Positions 53,085-64,000 of a stretch of DNA of 64,000 nt are shown in pieces. Both the position numbers and the translations under genes were made by a program. Where the stretch lies: positions 17,050,001-17,114,000 of the forward strand of contig NC_087468.1 in assembly GCF_036321535.1 (NCBI RefSeq), in the 5' to 3' direction. This stretch comes from Camelus dromedarius (Eukaryota). Positions within the stretch are counted from its first letter, which is position 1, and every line of letters starts with the position of its first letter. The notes below the pieces were generated by a model, which was not told where the DNA came from, did not search any database, and was given only the letters and a program-made list of their open reading frames with translations.

Positions 53085-53722
53085 GGAAAGACTTGGAGAC
53101 GGTCATGCTAAGTGCGGTCAGCCAGAGAGAGAAAGAAAAATACCATATGACATCACTNNNNNNNNNNNNNNNNNNNNNNNNNNNNNNNNNNNNNNNNNNN
53201 NNNNNNNNNNNNNNNNNNNNNNNNNNNNNNNNNNNNNNNNNNNNNNNNNNNNNNNNNNNNNNNNNNNNNNNNNNNNNNNNNNNNNNNNNNNNNNNNNNNN
53301 NNNNNNNNNNNNNNNNNNNNNNNNNNNNNNNNNNNNNNNNNNNNNNNNNNNNNNNNNNNNNNNNNNNNNNNNNNNNNNNNNNNNNNNNNNNNNNNNNNNN
53401 NNNNNNNNNNNNNNNNNNNNNNNNNNNNNNAACAGAAACGAACTCACAGACATAGAAAACAAAACTGTGGTTACCACGGAGGAAGGAGGGGTGAAGGGAT
53501 AAACGGGGAGCTTGGGATTTGCAGATACCAACTACTATATATAAAATAGATAAACAGCAAGGTCCTACTGTATAGTGCAGGGAACTATATTCAATACCTT
53601 ATAATAAAATTTAATGAAAAAGAATATGAAAAGGGGTCTATATGTATAACTGAATCACCATGCTGTGCACCAGAAGTTAACACAGCATTGTATAAACTGA
53701 CTATACTTCAATAAAAAAAAAG
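53085..53722 (+). mobile_element. Older (cetartiodactyl-type) L1 ORF2 end and 3' UTR, with N-gap 53158-53430
   Basis: ORF 53093 begins METVMLSAVSQREKEKYHMTS (L1 ORF2 C-terminus), then a 3' UTR ending CTTCAATAAAAAAAAA; homologous to 54545-55026. Confidence 0.85.
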
Positions 53723-54117
53723 AAAAATAGAATCAACTTATTACATCCTTTTTACTTTAATGGCTAGGACACTTAGAAGCCGGTTTTCTTTTATCTATTA
53801 GTAATTCATAAATTACTCTTCTATTCCTGTCTCCTCGTGGTACTGTCTGTGTTCCTTTAAGCCATCTCAGATTACTTATGAAAGGAGAAATAACACAAAT
53901 AAGAATTTTAAATAAACAGCCCCATCAGTATTTACCGTTATAGTTGTCCAATGCACCGAGAAAAAAAAAAAATCCCATAAGAAATTGCCAAGCTTCTTTA
54001 GTCAATACTCCTGCAGCAGAGTTAAAGTGATGTATGCATCAATGTAGATAATCAGAGCAGCATAAGAAACAAAAAGGTGCAACTGTGTCTTAATGAACAT
54101 GAAAAGACCCCCAAAAG

Positions 54118-54260
54118 GCAGTGGGTTGCGATGCAAAGAGCACTGGTGTCGGAGCCCAGGGGCCTTGATCTAATTCCTCTCAATGTGGCTTGGGCCTCAC
54201 TGTCACTGCCGCTGAGTAGGGGCCAGTTTCCTCACCTGCAGAATGTGTACAATGTACTCA
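54118..54260 (+). mobile_element. MIR SINE
   Basis: AAAGAGCACTGG..GGAGCCCAG...CAGTTTCCTCACCTGCAGAATG. Confidence 0.6.
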
Positions 54261-54312
54261 TCTGATAGCGAAGCCCTGTTCCTACTGCAAAGGGAACTTC
54301 TAAAATAAGTGT

Positions 54313-54529
54313 TCGGAATTTGTAGATACTGACAGGCATATGCAGAATAGATAAACAAGATTATACTGTGTAGCACAGGGAAACGTATGCAAGATCTTGT
54401 GGCAGCTCACAGCGAAAAAGAATGTGACGGTGAATATACGTATGTTCATATATAACTGAAAAATTGTGCTCTACACTGGAATTTGACACAGCATTGTAAA
54501 ATGACTATAACTCAATAAAAAATGTTAAA
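54313..54529 (+). mobile_element. Young camelid L1 3' fragment inserted into the left TSD of an older L1
   Basis: TSD AAAATAAGTGT (54302-54312 and 54530-54540); 3' end matches 6838-7008 and 58732-58895. Confidence 0.9.
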
Positions 54530-54544
54530 AAAATAAGTGTATGA

Positions 54545-55026
54545 TGGATGGACCTAGAGATGGTCATACCAAGTGAAGTAAGTCAGAAAGAGAACGATGA
54601 ATGCCATACGATATCACTTTTGATGCGGAATAAAAAAATGACACAAATGAACTTACTGACAAAACAGAAATAGATTCGCAGACATAGAAAACAAACCTGT
54701 GGTTACCAAAGGGGAGAGGGGTGGGGAGGGATAAGTTAGGAGTTTGGGATTTGCAGATACAAACTGTTATATATAAAACAGACAAACAACAAGGTCCTAA
54801 TGTAGAGCACAGAGAACTGCGTTCAGTACCTTGTANNNNNNNNNNNNNNNNNNNNNNNNNNNNNNNNNNNNNNNNNNNNNNNNNNNNNNNNNNNNNNNNN
54901 NNNNNNNNNNNNNNNNNNNNNNNNNNNNNNNNNNNNNNNNNNNNNNNNNNNNNNNNNNNNNNNNNNNNNNNNACACCAGAAATTAACACAACACTGTAAA
55001 TCAACATTACTTCAATAAAAAAAAAT
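54545..55026 (+). mobile_element. Older L1 ORF2 end and 3' UTR, with N-gap 54836-54972
   Basis: Exact 14-bp TSD AAATAAGTGTATGA (54531-54544 and 55027-55040); starts TGGATGGACCTAGAGATGGTCATACCAAGTGAAGTAAG (ORF2 C-terminus). Confidence 0.9.
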
Positions 55027-56639
55027 AAATAAGTGTATGAACAGTAATGAGTCTGTTCCCTTTACTATGGTTATTTTGCTTTTCTTGGGGGTGTTGTATT
55101 TAAAGAGAAAAAAGATAAGAAATCTTTAAGGTTCTCCTTAGTATTCACAAATTAGGATTGTGGGTCCTAATCTGAATTTGAAATTTGTCCTACTTTATCC
55201 TGGTCTGTGTGTTACGCAAACATTTAAAGTACACGGAAAGCTTGCCAGATACCAAGGTGTTGGCAACTTTCTAATTCTCAGAATACCTAAAATATAACCA
55301 ATGTGGGGAATCCAGTGAGGCACGTGATCAAGCAGTTGCACTGACTCTCCTATAAATGGACAAGGAAGAATTGTTTAAACCAGATCATATCAGTGTGTGT
55401 GTGTGTGGGTGGGTGGGCGTATGCGTATGTGTAGCAGAATTTGAGTTGCAGACTCATACACGCTTAATAATTTTGATCTCATATCAAAGTCAGACGTTAT
55501 AATCACAGAACAATACAACACAAGCAGTAAAATAATAAAATGGCACTTTGTTCCAACATATGCAGTAAAAAAAATCATTAAACAACTTGAATTGCTTTAG
55601 TTAAGGCAAGAGCAAGACACTGGGGTTCACACTGTATCTTATTTCTAAGAGGGTCGCTGAGCAGGAACATTTTGCAGCCCGTTGCTAAGTGTGACGTGGG
55701 AGGGAACTGAGAGGAGGTCTCCCGCAGTGAAGATGTCTTAGACGGTATCTCTGCCTCTTTGACAGACCTTTACTTTACTCCCCACTTCAGCAAATACGTG
55801 AGAGCTCACTCTAAATTACACTGCCCAGAAGTGTCTGCATTTTCTGGCATTTCTTAGAATAATTTCAAATACCACATCTATCAATAGCTGGTAATTCCAC
55901 CAGTGTAGGTGGGAGGATGTTGATTGGTAGGGAAAAGAAATACACATATAAGTACAGGGTACTTATATAAGACAAGGAACTTTAGGTGAAATTAGCTTCT
56001 TTTTAAAGAATTCTCTTAATTGTAAAGCATTAACTGTTTGTAAATTCATTAAATGTCTGTAAACTCCATGAAAGCCAAAGAGATTCATTTGTGTATCTAC
56101 AATGTCGAACAATGTTTATGGCACATAAGTGTAACCTAATAAATGGATTTTCATTAGGAGACTAGTTGGATGTATAATTGAGCTAATGAATTAACGTAGT
56201 CATGGAGAGGTGGGCAAGCCATGCTTCCTAACGGGGAAAAAAGTCCTAATCGGAGAGTAGTTTTTAAAAAGACAGGTCAGGTGATAGAAAACCAGATTTT
56301 TGTGGTTTTGAGAGCCAGGCAAAGGGATTTTAATCTGATTTGGTGGAATTCGAGAGCCAGCAGAGAGGATGGCAAGGATGAATGAGAGACAGAAGTGGAG
56401 ATTAGTAGCAATAATCAATTTGGGGTATTTCATTGATTCCAATGTTTTTCTTCTCCAAATTCTTTTTTGGAGCCTTAACTGAATTCTCTCTCCCTAGAAC
56501 AGAAGAGAATAATGAAAAATAAGGTCCTAGGGAGAGGCTCACTTGACTCAAGAGCACTCAGAGGGGAATAGGGGCATAAACGAAGACCAGACATCAGAAC
56601 GGTCTGCCGTGCCCATTTGTATCTGCACCGCTACGGCAT

Positions 56640-57060
56640 AACTGGGGAGCAGCCCACTTTGCCGGGGGTCCCCCCAAACAACCCTCAGGTTACGTGGTTT
56701 CCTAGAAAGACTCAGAAGGTGTTATACTCATGTTCACTCTTTATTAGAGCAAAGGAATAGAGATTAAAATCAGAAAAGAGAAGGAAAAAATGCATGTGGC
56801 CAACTCTGGAAGAAACAAGTAGCAAACTTCTAAGTGTCTCCCTCCAATGGAGTCTCATGGAATGCATCTAATTCTCGCTGTAGCGATGTGTGACAACACA
56901 CAGACACACACAATGTTGCCAACCAAGAAAATTCACCCTAGCCTACATGTCCAGTTTTTACTGGAGGTCAGTTATGTAGGCATGCAGCACCCACGTGACT
57001 GCCCTGTTACTCAAACTCCAGATCCTCGGAGAAAAAATCAACGTTTTCTTTTCATTCCAA
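56640..57060 (-). mobile_element. MER21(C)-like ERVL LTR
   Basis: GTCCCCCAAACAACCCTCAGGTT...CTAGAAAGACTCAG..GTTATACTCATG..TTTATTAGAGCAAAGGAATAGAGATTAAAATCAG matches the recalled MER21 consensus. Confidence 0.7.
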
Positions 57061-58132
57061 CCTACTAATGGCCCCATGCATTTAACACCAGCTCAGACTT
57101 CCTCCTGCTGCTTCAGTTAATATTAAAATGCATGGTTCAGGAGAAAGCACCCAACTTCATTTTTTTTTAAATATATATAATTAGGGAAATATAGATGCAT
57201 ATACAATTCTGCTTAGTGAATGTGTCTAAAGCAGACCCTCAAATTATGAAGTAATGGGTAAACTGGCATGTTTCTTCCTTAGGAAGTCTAAGATATGTTG
57301 AAATTTAAGGACTTCTTGGGGACATCTTACTGATGTAAAATATAAATGTGACTCCCACATAGTCATGTAAATAGATCAAGAACCACAAATAATATTCTCC
57401 CACCTACAAACACAGTGTTTATCCCACAATCAAAACTCATGCTGCTTTTCTTCTCCTTTGGAGATGAGTTATAATTATAGACTAGACGGGAGATGAGTTT
57501 ATTATAGAAACAGGAGATGCTAGAAACGGGAGATGCTGCACATGGGCCAGACTATAATTACCCTCAACTCACACTCATTTAAATTAAGATTATTCGGATG
57601 AGAAAGGGATGATGGGTATTTCATATTTTTGCTCATGATGACAATTTACATAGAAATGCTAAATACCTACATAGCACCTAGCTAAGGATTTTGAAAAACA
57701 GAATTTCACCCCAGATTACCTCCCCTGCTAAGTTGGCATTATGCCTTAAATTGCCCTGTATCCATCCACCGGCTTCTCCCCTTTTCATAACATGAATATG
57801 AATCCCAAAGATTTTCCTCCCTGCGTCAGGTATAGTGGCTTTCTTTTCAGTTTTGTTTCAGTGTCTGGTTGTGAACATTGGTGACAGTTATAACATACCT
57901 TGAGCATCCACACTGGTTCCTAGTCCATCTCATTATGAAAACAATAAGTTAAGGACAAGTTTTTACAAATCCGTGGCTCTAACTTAAAAAGTGGCCCACT
58001 TTCTACAAAGACTTTCACCAACTGGGTGTTTTTCCCACAAATACTGTCTTTTGTTCTTACTGGGTAAAGAAAGCAGGGTTTATGAGGCTGATGCAAAAGC
58101 AAATTCAAATAACATACATCCTATTCAGTTTT

Positions 58133-58407
58133 AAAATTGAAGTACAGTCAGTTACGATGTGTCAATTTCTGGTGTACAGCACAATGTCCCAGTCATGCAT
58201 ATATATACATATATTCATTTTCATAGTCTTTTTCATTAAAGGTTATTACAAGGTATTGAATACAGTTCCCTGTGCTCTACAGAAGAAATTTGTTTTTTTT
58301 TTTTTATCTATTTTTATATATAGTAGCTAACATTTGCAAATCTCAGACTCCCAAGTTTATCCCTTCCCACCCTCTTTCCCTGGTAACCATAAGATTGTCT
58401 ACTAGGT
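58133..58407 (-). mobile_element. Camelid L1 3' fragment (intermediate-age type)
   Basis: AATTGAAGTACAGTCAGTTACGATGTGTCAATTTCTGGTGTACAGCAC...; TSD CTATTCAG(G)TTTT (58121-58132 and 58408-58420). Confidence 0.85.
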
Positions 58408-58731
58408 CTATTCAGGTTTTGACATTAGGGCAAAATACAAGACAATTAAGAGCCGTTAACGGGTGGTCCTATCAAACAGGCACTGTGATCTTCCGCCACT
58501 CTCCCGTCTCCGTGCTTTGGGATCAATCTCTGATAGTGGAGAGACCTCAGTTGTGAAGAAGACTTCAAAAATGAAAACTCAGGGGGTTTATATGAAGGCA
58601 AATAAGGAGTATGAAGACCCAATGTTTTCACTCTTTGAATCAAAACAGTTTGAGAAAGTTTGATAATGTTTTAAGATTTGTGAAAATGTACCTAATTATT
58701 ATTCTGAAAGTTTGTTTTTAAAACATGCTTT

Positions 58732-59191
58732 CTTTTAACATTTTTTATTGATTTATAATCATTTTACAATGTTGTGTCAAATTCCAGTGTAGAGCACAAT
58801 TTTTCAGTTATACATAAACATGTATATATTCACTGTCACATTTTTTTCTCTGTGAGCTACCATAAGATCTTGTCTATATTTTCCTGTGCTGTACAGTATA
58901 ATCTCGCTTATCTATTCTACAATTTTGAAATCCCAGTCTATCTCTTCCCACCCCCTGCCCCCTTGGCAACCACAAGTTTGTATTCTATGTCTGTGAGTCT
59001 ATTTCTGTTTTGTATTTATGCTTTGTTTGTTTGTTTTTTTCTTAGATTCCACATATGAGTGATCTCATGTGATATTTTTCTTTCTCTTTCTCTCTTACTT
59101 CACTTAGAATGACATTCTCCAGGAGCATCCATGTTGCTGCAAATGGCGTTATGTTGTCAGTTTTTATGGCTGAGTAGTATTCCATTGTATA
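58732..59191 (-). mobile_element. Young camelid L1 ORF2 C-terminus and full 3' UTR
   Basis: ORF 59042-59266(-) contains YTMEYYSAIKTDNITPFAATWMLLENVILSEVREKEKEKYHMRSLICGI*, the L1 ORF2 C-terminus; short TSD ATGCTTT (58725-58731 and 59192-59198). Confidence 0.92.
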
Positions 59192-59429
59192 ATGCTTTAT
59201 GATTATTATTTTAGTGCGCCTGCACTGATTTGATAAAATTCTATTTTTAATTAAAAATAAGTGCAAAAGGAAGTTTTTTTACATAAACATGATTATACAT
59301 GAAGTGTAGATATTTTGTACATGATCCTGTATTAATAGGGTGCTGCTGTCACTAAGTTGGTGTCCCTGTGTTACCTACTTGAAGCTAAATGTCATGTGAA
59401 ATGCCATCTCCCTAATAAGACTTGCTGCA

Positions 59430-59680
59430 ATTAACATTATCATTCATTGAGTAGTTACTACGCGCTAACACTTTGCAAGTGTTTTGCATGCATTGTCTCA
59501 TTCGATTCTTGGAATAATACGAAAACAAGGTATAAATGAAGAGCATTTTAGCCTTACTTTAAGGAAACTAGAATTCAGCGAAATTAGCGATCATGGCCAA
59601 GGTTACCGCCTAAGGCAGGTCACAGAAAATGGATACAAATTCATGTGTGGCTCTGAAGCTTGTGCTCTGAGCCACTGCGC
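59430..59680 (-). mobile_element. MIR SINE
   Basis: CATTGTCTCATTCGATTCTT...CTTACTTTAAGGAAACTAGAATTCAGCGAAATTAGCGA..GCCAAGGTTAC matches antisense MIR. Confidence 0.6.
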
Positions 59681-61116
59681 TATGTGTCTCCTCATGAACT
59701 TTACTTGTGGCTGTAATTTTATCACTGCTGCTCTGAGTCATAGGTCTATGAAGCAGGGAGATGAGATGCGGATTCCTGTTTATGTTGAGCAGATAAAGAA
59801 AATGGGGCTCAGAGGACGCTCGCAGCAAACCCAGCATGATGCAGTGCGAGGGTATTAGAGAAGCCATGTAACCAACCTCTGCTAACCCTGGGCGCAGAGC
59901 TTTCCCCGTGTGCTCCACCACTCCAGTCTCCTCTTGGGTATCTTGTGTACCGTGCATCTCCCAAAATAAAAAGCTATCATTTCAGTGGGGTTTCCCTTTC
60001 CGCTGACCTGTCATCCTTGACTTAAAGCCAAAACTCCACTTGTCAATAATTTTCACAAAATATCATGGCAAGCGTTATGATGAAAGAACACACTCTTTGT
60101 GCTCAAATCAGACCCATCAAGGAACAAAGTTAATAAAAGAGAGAAAAAAATTAATAACTGCTAGCTTGGGGGAAAGACGAGGCATTGCTGCAGAAGCGCA
60201 AAGGGACGATTAGGTCTCCAGTTTGCAAGCGCTGACATCTATTACTCTCAGGGGCTAATTCTTAAGGAAGGCAGGCGGAGGAAGGAAATTTGAGTCAAGA
60301 CAGATGAGCGAGTCATGAATCTCTCCTGGGTGTGGCGTAGGCATTGAACCATCACTGGAACAATGTGCCAAGAAAGCGGATAGGAATTTGGAGGGATGGA
60401 GTGAGAAATAAGAAACTGGGATCTCACTGGATGCTGATGGCATTTTATCGGGGAACCTGAATGATCCCCTTCTCGTTGCTTCAGGGGACGGAAGCTGTAG
60501 CGTGTACAGGCATCTCTCAGGTGAGAAAACATCCCCGAGGGCTTCACAATTACGGTATGATGACTTTTCATCTAAATTCAGCAATTTTGTAGAAGAGTGA
60601 AAACAAGCTAAAACGGCAGCTATTGCATGGTAAGCTGTTCACTTTTTATCATTTCGAAGAATTTGTGCTCCTTGTGTGCCTGGTGGGCATAACCCAGGAA
60701 GTAGATAAAAATATTTGGTGTGACAAGAGTATTTTATGCACAATAAATAGTTTCACCACAGTGATGCAAAGGTGTTAGATACTTTGACCTGTTATTCAAT
60801 CCAGTAAGGCAAGTGGACCAATCAGTTCTTGTGAAAAGGGGGAACGAAGGGGCAGGAGTCAGAGAAAAATGTTCTCAGCTGAAGAGAAAGAATGAGATCG
60901 GAAAGAGCAACAAAATTAGTAATTAGAGATGACCTGGTCATTTAAGGCAGAACTAATATAAAACATTGGCATGGAAACTAATGTGTGTTTTCCAGGTCTG
61001 GTTTAAAAGATAAATGCCTAAAAAGAAAATGCATTGCATGGATGAGAAAGGTCAATAAGATTCCAAATGGTAACATGGCCACTGAAATGAACCTTCATTT
61101 AAAAAAATGCTCATCT

Positions 61117-61910
61117 TGAACTTCGAGCTGGGCGGGCCCTGCCCTTTCCACTGGGTTTATATTTAACCAGGGCCCCTGGCCCTGCCCCTTCCACTGCGCC
61201 AGCACCTGGAAGGGCACCGCCACCGTCACGAGCATTTTTAACAGCCCTCACGCCGTCTCTGACTGCACCTTTGACTTGAGTGGGTGTACGCTTGCTTGGT
61301 CCTTCGCGGAAGCATTGCTCATGATCCCCAAGGTTCTCGCTCAGAACTCTGGTTTTGACCTTCAGGAAGCACGCGTTAAAGTTCAAGCAGAACGTTCAGA
61401 GTCAGGTCAACTTGTGGGTGTGGACTTGAACACAGGGGAGCCAATGGTGGCGGCAGAAGTAGGCACGTGGGGTAGCTGATGTGCAAAGAAACAGCTACTT
61501 CGCTCCCGCACTGTCATTGCCACCAACGCGCTCCTGGTTGATGAGATCATGAGTCAGAATGTCTTCTCCAAAAGGTTGAACGGAAGCTTCCTTTGTATCA
61601 TCTGAGTCATGAAGGCTACAGAGTGATCTTAAGAATACAGCTATGGGATTTTTGTCCGAACTTCAAATGATTTTGAAAGGGGTCTTCTTTTCCCGTATGA
61701 AAAAGGAAGAGAACACTGGCGTCTATTCAAATTCTGAAGTTCCTTAATTATAATCACCGTGTTTTTTAATTGCCCTGCAGCGTGCACCCAGTACGGCAGG
61801 CCGTATTTATCCAAAGAACAGGATGTGTTGCTTTAGCTTCAGTGATACAAAATTTCATGTTAGGTAAGCACATGTTATCTACCTTGTTATTAAATATTCC
61901 TTGAAAAAAA
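61117..61910 (+). pseudogene. CCT6A: Processed, 5'-truncated and 5'-inverted CCT6A (chaperonin TCP1 subunit zeta) pseudogene
   Basis: The + strand from 61301 reads [72 protein letters not shown]...SS.KG* (stop 61577-61579), intronless. It continues into a CCT6A-like 3' UTR, ATTAAA at 61889 and an A7 remnant. The - strand 61305-61115 reads [38 protein letters not shown]...[10 protein letters not shown], the preceding CCT6A segment. Premature TGA at 61477 and frameshifts. SESGQL/AAEVG residues favour CCT6A over CCT6B. Confidence 0.95.
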
Positions 61911-62280
61911 TTTTAAAATGTTTATCTCAATACAATTGAATAGAACGCTTAAAAACATCGTAATCCACCTGCTACTAGTACATTGCTTCCTGCTGCAGAG
62001 ATTACCTGTTACCTGGGGAGTGTAGGTGTGTGTGTACGCACGCACAGGGGCGTGCACGTGTGCTGAGTTTACTGCAACTAAGTTTAAATTTAAATGTAAA
62101 TTCAGAAGTATCACATACCACTTAATAATTTACAGTCAACGTGGGAGACTTATCATGTATTATTTATGGCGGCAAATGCTCAGGGACATACCAATACAGA
62201 ATGTATTTCTCAAGCTCCTATTATTGCCTTTTGGGTCACTTCAAAGTGAAAAGTTTCTGAGTTGCTACTTAGGGAAGTCA

Positions 62281-62350
62281 CTATTTATAGCAGCCACTGA
62301 AAGGCTCATCACAGATGAATTGCACTCGAACGCGGTAAACAACAAAATTA
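62281..62350. promoter_or_regulatory. Candidate enhancer with perfect MEF2 site and forkhead site
   Basis: CTATTTATAG (62281-62290), CAGATG E-box and GTAAACAA (62335-62342) in apparently unique sequence. Confidence 0.3.
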
Positions 62351-64000
62351 ATGCAGGGGGCAGGGGGAGGTGAGCCGGCAGCCAGTGATCTCGCTAGCAC
62401 TGTTCCTGAGTTGGTCACGTCTGGAAACTGTCTTTGGGCAGAAATGAGTCTGAGACATTAAATATATATATATATATTGGCTTCAGTCTAGATGCCAAGA
62501 AGCTACCCACCCCCTGCCAAAAATGTCTCGTCTAGTTCACTGAAGCCTGGGGAACAGGTGGTTTACGGAGCACACGGGATGCTGTCGGGTACCACAGAGA
62601 GGCCACCTCGCCTCACGTCGGGACTGAGATTCCCATTCTCCCCATTTCTGGAGCTGGTGGCATTACAGAATGTCAGCCGAGTCTCTCCTGGAAACTACAC
62701 TTTTCGGAAGAGCCCAAGGTTATGCCCCCTTGATAAAGGTCAGCCTACTCCCAGTGATGGGTCAATGCAGGGGATAAAGGCTTAGCTTCTTTGCTTTAAG
62801 TAAACAAATCTGTAACATTAATCCCACTCCAGAATTCTCCATGGAACCAGCTGAAGGCTTTGTGGCGGCCACGTCTCCCTCTGCCCTGATCTACCGACTC
62901 CCTTCACTCTCCTACTGTAGTTAATCGCAGAGTATTCCTCGGTCACCTTTGTCCACAAATCTGAACTTCAAAGTCTTTCCCAGTAAACCTGACCTAAGAT
63001 AGTTGGTGCCAAGAAGGTCTGAGGAAGAGGACTTGAAAATGGAAATTTGGAGCAGGATCGGCCACCAGCCAGCAGGCGACGAGAACTCCATCGCTGTCAG
63101 AATGCAGGACACGGGGAGTGCCTCGCATGTAATTTCAGCGCACTTGTTGGAACCTCCGCCCGGGTAAACCCAGAAGGGCCGTGAACATCAGGAGGGCACA
63201 TCTCAGGTGTTTAAGAAATTTCTTTAAAGTATTAAATGGGGTAGGATAGTGGAATTGAATGGTTCTCACTAGGGACTGTTGATTCATCGGATAAATAAAA
63301 GGCAGAAAGAAGATGATTAATTACCAACTGAAAGCTCACAGTGAAAGCTAGAGGGCTTCTTTGGTGGCAATACTGAAATTATCTTTTCCAACAGCTGGAA
63401 AACAGGAAAAAAGAAAAAAGAAAGCTTGAGGTCAAGCCAAGGACTTCAGCATAATAATAGCAAAGCTATAGAGGAGGCTGAATTCTCAAACTTGGAATGT
63501 CTGCCTCACTAAGATCAGGTTCCTAATTAGGAAGCAGTGAGGCCCAGAAGTATGTGATAGGGTTATCTGGGTAAATGCACTCCATAATATTAAATACTCA
63601 AATACTCCTGAAGACTCAGGGTTTATATAAGGGCCCACTACTCCCTGTTAAATGTCAGAGCAACTCCCTTTCTTAAATTAAACGTAGGGGTCACTACCTT
63701 CCAAGAAAGCAGGCACCCTTCAGTTCATGAGATCAATAAATAAGATTAAGTTACAAAATAACCAAGTGGGGAATTGCAGGGCTTACTAAAGAGGGAAGGC
63801 AGCTACATCCTGAATTTGATACTGGGCTCAGCCAATATAAGAAGTTAGGAGAGTCTTATAGGATTAGCTTCTGGGGATGCTGGGATTAGGGAGAACATAA
63901 AGTCGAAAAAAAGAAGAATTTGTAGATATGGTGGCCACCCTTCCATAACACAGGATTTACCATCCTGGCAAGGTATTTGGAAATGGTGCTGACATACTTC

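Noticed and set aside
42609-55007. Long ORFs containing X runs (42.6, 44.2, 53.0, 54.6 kb)
   Set aside because: Artefacts of N-gaps that hide stop codons.
61276-61479. Functional short CCT6A-like retrogene
   Set aside because: 5'-truncated and inverted, with a premature stop at 61477 and frameshifts; it lacks most of the chaperonin domains.
1472-63112. The many 60-200 aa ORFs in the ORF track as genes
   Set aside because: They overlap on multiple frames, lie in repeats or microsatellites, and show no recognisable protein similarity except L1 ORF2 fragments and the CCT6A pseudogene.
1-64000. CRISPR array, rRNA, snRNA or NUMT, or a novel multi-gene system
   Set aside because: No repeat-spacer array, no recognisable U6/7SL/5S/mitochondrial sequence and no intact ORF cluster; the window is mammalian repeat-rich non-coding DNA.

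Overview
Mammalian nuclear DNA, almost certainly camelid (Camelus/Vicugna/Lama), judged by two tRNA-derived vic-1-type SINEs and camelid-type L1 3' ends. It comes from a short-read scaffold with four N-gaps, all inside repeats or low-complexity sequence. I see no intact protein-coding gene, rRNA, true tRNA gene or CRISPR array, so the window looks intergenic or deep-intronic. It holds many L1 fragments of several ages, at least six ERV-type solo LTRs (two families present twice), MaLR/MER21 LTRs, hAT MER elements, MIR/L2 relics, microsatellites and several CpG-rich or TF-motif-rich unique stretches. The only recognisable cellular-gene sequence is a 5'-truncated processed CCT6A pseudogene (61117-61910). 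Its 5' part is inverted, a clear L1 twin-priming product, and its substitutions look skewed A/T->G/C. Other notable observations are two L1s stacked at one target site (54302-55040), a three-piece scrambled L1 insertion (1330-1676), a solo LTR retaining GC-box, TATA and polyA motifs (36506-36991), a strong CTCF motif and a perfect 20-bp palindrome beside a PBX-HOX motif. I found no convincing evidence of a previously undescribed biological system. The interesting signals concern retrotransposition mechanics and possible regulatory DNA. Repeat family names are from recalled consensus sequences, not from a database search.
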